From assembly GCF_036321535.1 (NCBI RefSeq), contig NC_087447.1, positions 49,540,001 to 49,604,000 of the forward strand: a stretch of 64,000 nt of DNA, read 5' to 3'. Positions 62,450 through 64,000 of the stretch are shown here, in pieces; the first letter of the stretch is position 1, and each line of letters starts with the position of its first letter. The DNA comes from Camelus dromedarius. Its lineage: Eukaryota. A program made the position numbers and the translations under genes. The notes beneath the pieces are model-generated. The model made no database searches. It saw only the letters and a program-made list of their open reading frames with translations, and was not told the DNA's origin.

Positions 62450-63150
62450 TCCTCACCGCGATAAAGACAAGGGCTGCCGAAGGTGCCGCTGCAGTACAGA
62501 CCTGGCCCAGTGGCCTACCCTGAATCCGCACGCACCGTCTTCTCGCTCCCCACAAAGCCATAAAGTGCTCAGGCGATGCGGGACCCCAGGCAGGAGTTAA
62601 GGGCGGGGATCACCTCGCGGGAAAAGGAGTAAAATCGCGGCCTTTCTCCGGATCCGCCACCAGGGGCTTCAGCGAGACCTCGGCCCAGTTCCTAGAGGGT
62701 TCCCCAGACCTGCCTTCACGTGGCGCGCGCCCTTGGGCTCCTGGGCTTCTCTCGCCGGACCGCCCGCCCGGAGGCCCCAGCACTGGGGTCCCGAGACCAG
62801 GCCAGGACACTGACCCAGCTGCGCGGGCGCGGCGGCATGCGCGAGCGTGGACGGCCGCGACTGGGGCTGTGGGCTCAGCTCTTACCGCCCTGGGGCAGCG
62901 TCCGATCCCCCGCTGTCAGATTCCGAGCGGGCAGCCAGTTTTGGGGCTCTGGGGCGGAGCCTGGGCATCTTCGGGATCCGACTCTCGGATCCAGGAGTGA
63001 ACCCAGCGGCTTCGGAGTTCGCTCAGTGGGGAAGGGGCCCGCCCTCTCCCCTCTTCCTGGCCGCAGCGTTTGTGCCAGCGGGGTTGTCTGCCGTGGCCGG
63101 CAGGGGTACTTTATCTGGATTTGCCTGGCCGCCGAGGGGAGGGATGGGAA
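62450..63150. promoter_or_regulatory. CpG island with promoter-like motifs and no associated coding gene in the window
   Basis: CpG-dense; GGGCGGGG at 62601, E2F-like GCGGGAAA at 62617-62624, E-box CACGTG at 62717-62722, NRF1-like GCATGCGC at about 62835. Confidence 0.8.
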
Positions 63151-63879
63151 GGGGTGGAGATGGTGGGAGCCCGGGAGGGACTGGGAAATGGCTACAGCTG
63201 GGAAGAACCGGGCAGAGGATGGCCAGAGGCCTGCCACACCCCTTGGTCAAGCCCTCATGCTAATCAGGTTTCTTTCATTCAAAGACTTCCAGAGGGGGCC
63301 TATGCTGGCCCCCCAGCCACATCGATGATACTCCTTCCTACCCCAGCCATCTGTACTTCATGGCCACTTTCTCTGAGAAGCCTTCCTGGCTGTTCCTGCC
63401 AGGTATCCTCTCTTAACTCTCCTCTCAAAGCCAGGCCTTTAGTTGTCCTTGGGCCTCATCCCACACCACCTTTTACTGTCATAAGACTGGGATTTCCTTA
63501 CCACAGTGACCTTATGCCCAGCACCGAGCGAGGCACAGAGTGGGTGCTAAGGACAAGCCAACTGTATGCATGAATGAATGGGGACTTCAGGCATTGTTTT
63601 AGAAGCCCTGGCTGAGCTGCCCTGGATACTGAATGAGGACCAGCTGATGTGAAGTTCTGCCCTCATGAGTGTCCTAGGACTCTTCTGATCAGGGGCCTGG
63701 TTTTCTCAAGAAGCATGACTTCTGGATGATCTCTAGGCTAAGCCCTTGGCAAACAACTGTCACCCAGAATTATCCTGGGCCAGCTGTTCCTTTTTTCTCT
63801 GTTGGCTTCAACTCTGACCAGTCCAGGGCTCTGCCTGCTATGGTTTGGTACCCATTCCTAGGCTTTCATGGGACCTGAC

Positions 63880-64000
63880 CCATGAAATAATAGAAAATAT
63901 ATGTATTGGTCTCTGCCCCCAGTTCCCAGCACAGAGCTCGTAAAACCCTTGGAATTGCCTGTGGGTTAGGAGTGTCTTTTATGTAAATGAGGTGACTCTT
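63880..64000 (+). mobile_element. MER21-like LTR, running off the window end
   Basis: ATATATGTATTGGTCTCTGCCCCCAGTTCC...ACAGAGCTCGTAAAACCCTTGGAAT...TGTCTTTT. Confidence 0.65.

Noticed and set aside
62654..62670. CTCF-like GCCACCAGGGGCTT
   Set aside because: It is one G short of the core consensus CCACCAGGGGGCG, so it cannot be supported without a PWM scan or ChIP data.
62720..63573. 202-, 138- and 167-aa ORFs in the third CpG island
   Set aside because: G/R/P-rich with no domain, overlapping in several frames, as expected from stop-codon scarcity in GC-rich DNA. No MAP6-like sequence was recognised.

Overview
Mammalian, GC-rich genomic DNA. The tRNA-derived SINEs resemble the camelid Vic-1 family, so the source is probably alpaca, llama or camel (inference). 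The only protein-coding gene supported by the sequence is a complete, intact SERPINH1 (HSP47, collagen chaperone) on the + strand. It has an HSE/TATA promoter at about 44.4 kb, a non-coding exon 1, and four coding exons (48664-49285, 50589-50687, 50800-51032, 52327-52629; 1257 nt = 418 aa + stop, ending in RDEL), with AATAAA at 53312. A CpG island at about 17.4-18.6 kb holds a probable minus-strand non-coding first exon. By recalled mammalian synteny (GDPD5-SERPINH1-MAP6) this is the GDPD5 promoter, which would make 1-17.6 kb its intron 1. A third CpG island with no evident gene lies at about 62.5-63.1 kb. The rest is dense in MIR, L2, L1, hAT/Tigger, MaLR and ERVL relics. Repeat family names were recognised by eye from recalled consensus sequences, not from a database search. 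The most notable unexplained features are four. (1) A near-perfect 49-bp inverted repeat just downstream of the SERPINH1 poly(A) signal. (2) A short polyadenylated, TSD-flanked non-SINE retro-insertion in intron 2. (3) Twin CREB3L/XBP1-type motifs in intron 1. (4) Splice-donor hints of divergent or antisense transcripts from the two flanking CpG islands. No new biological system is demonstrated; these are testable leads.
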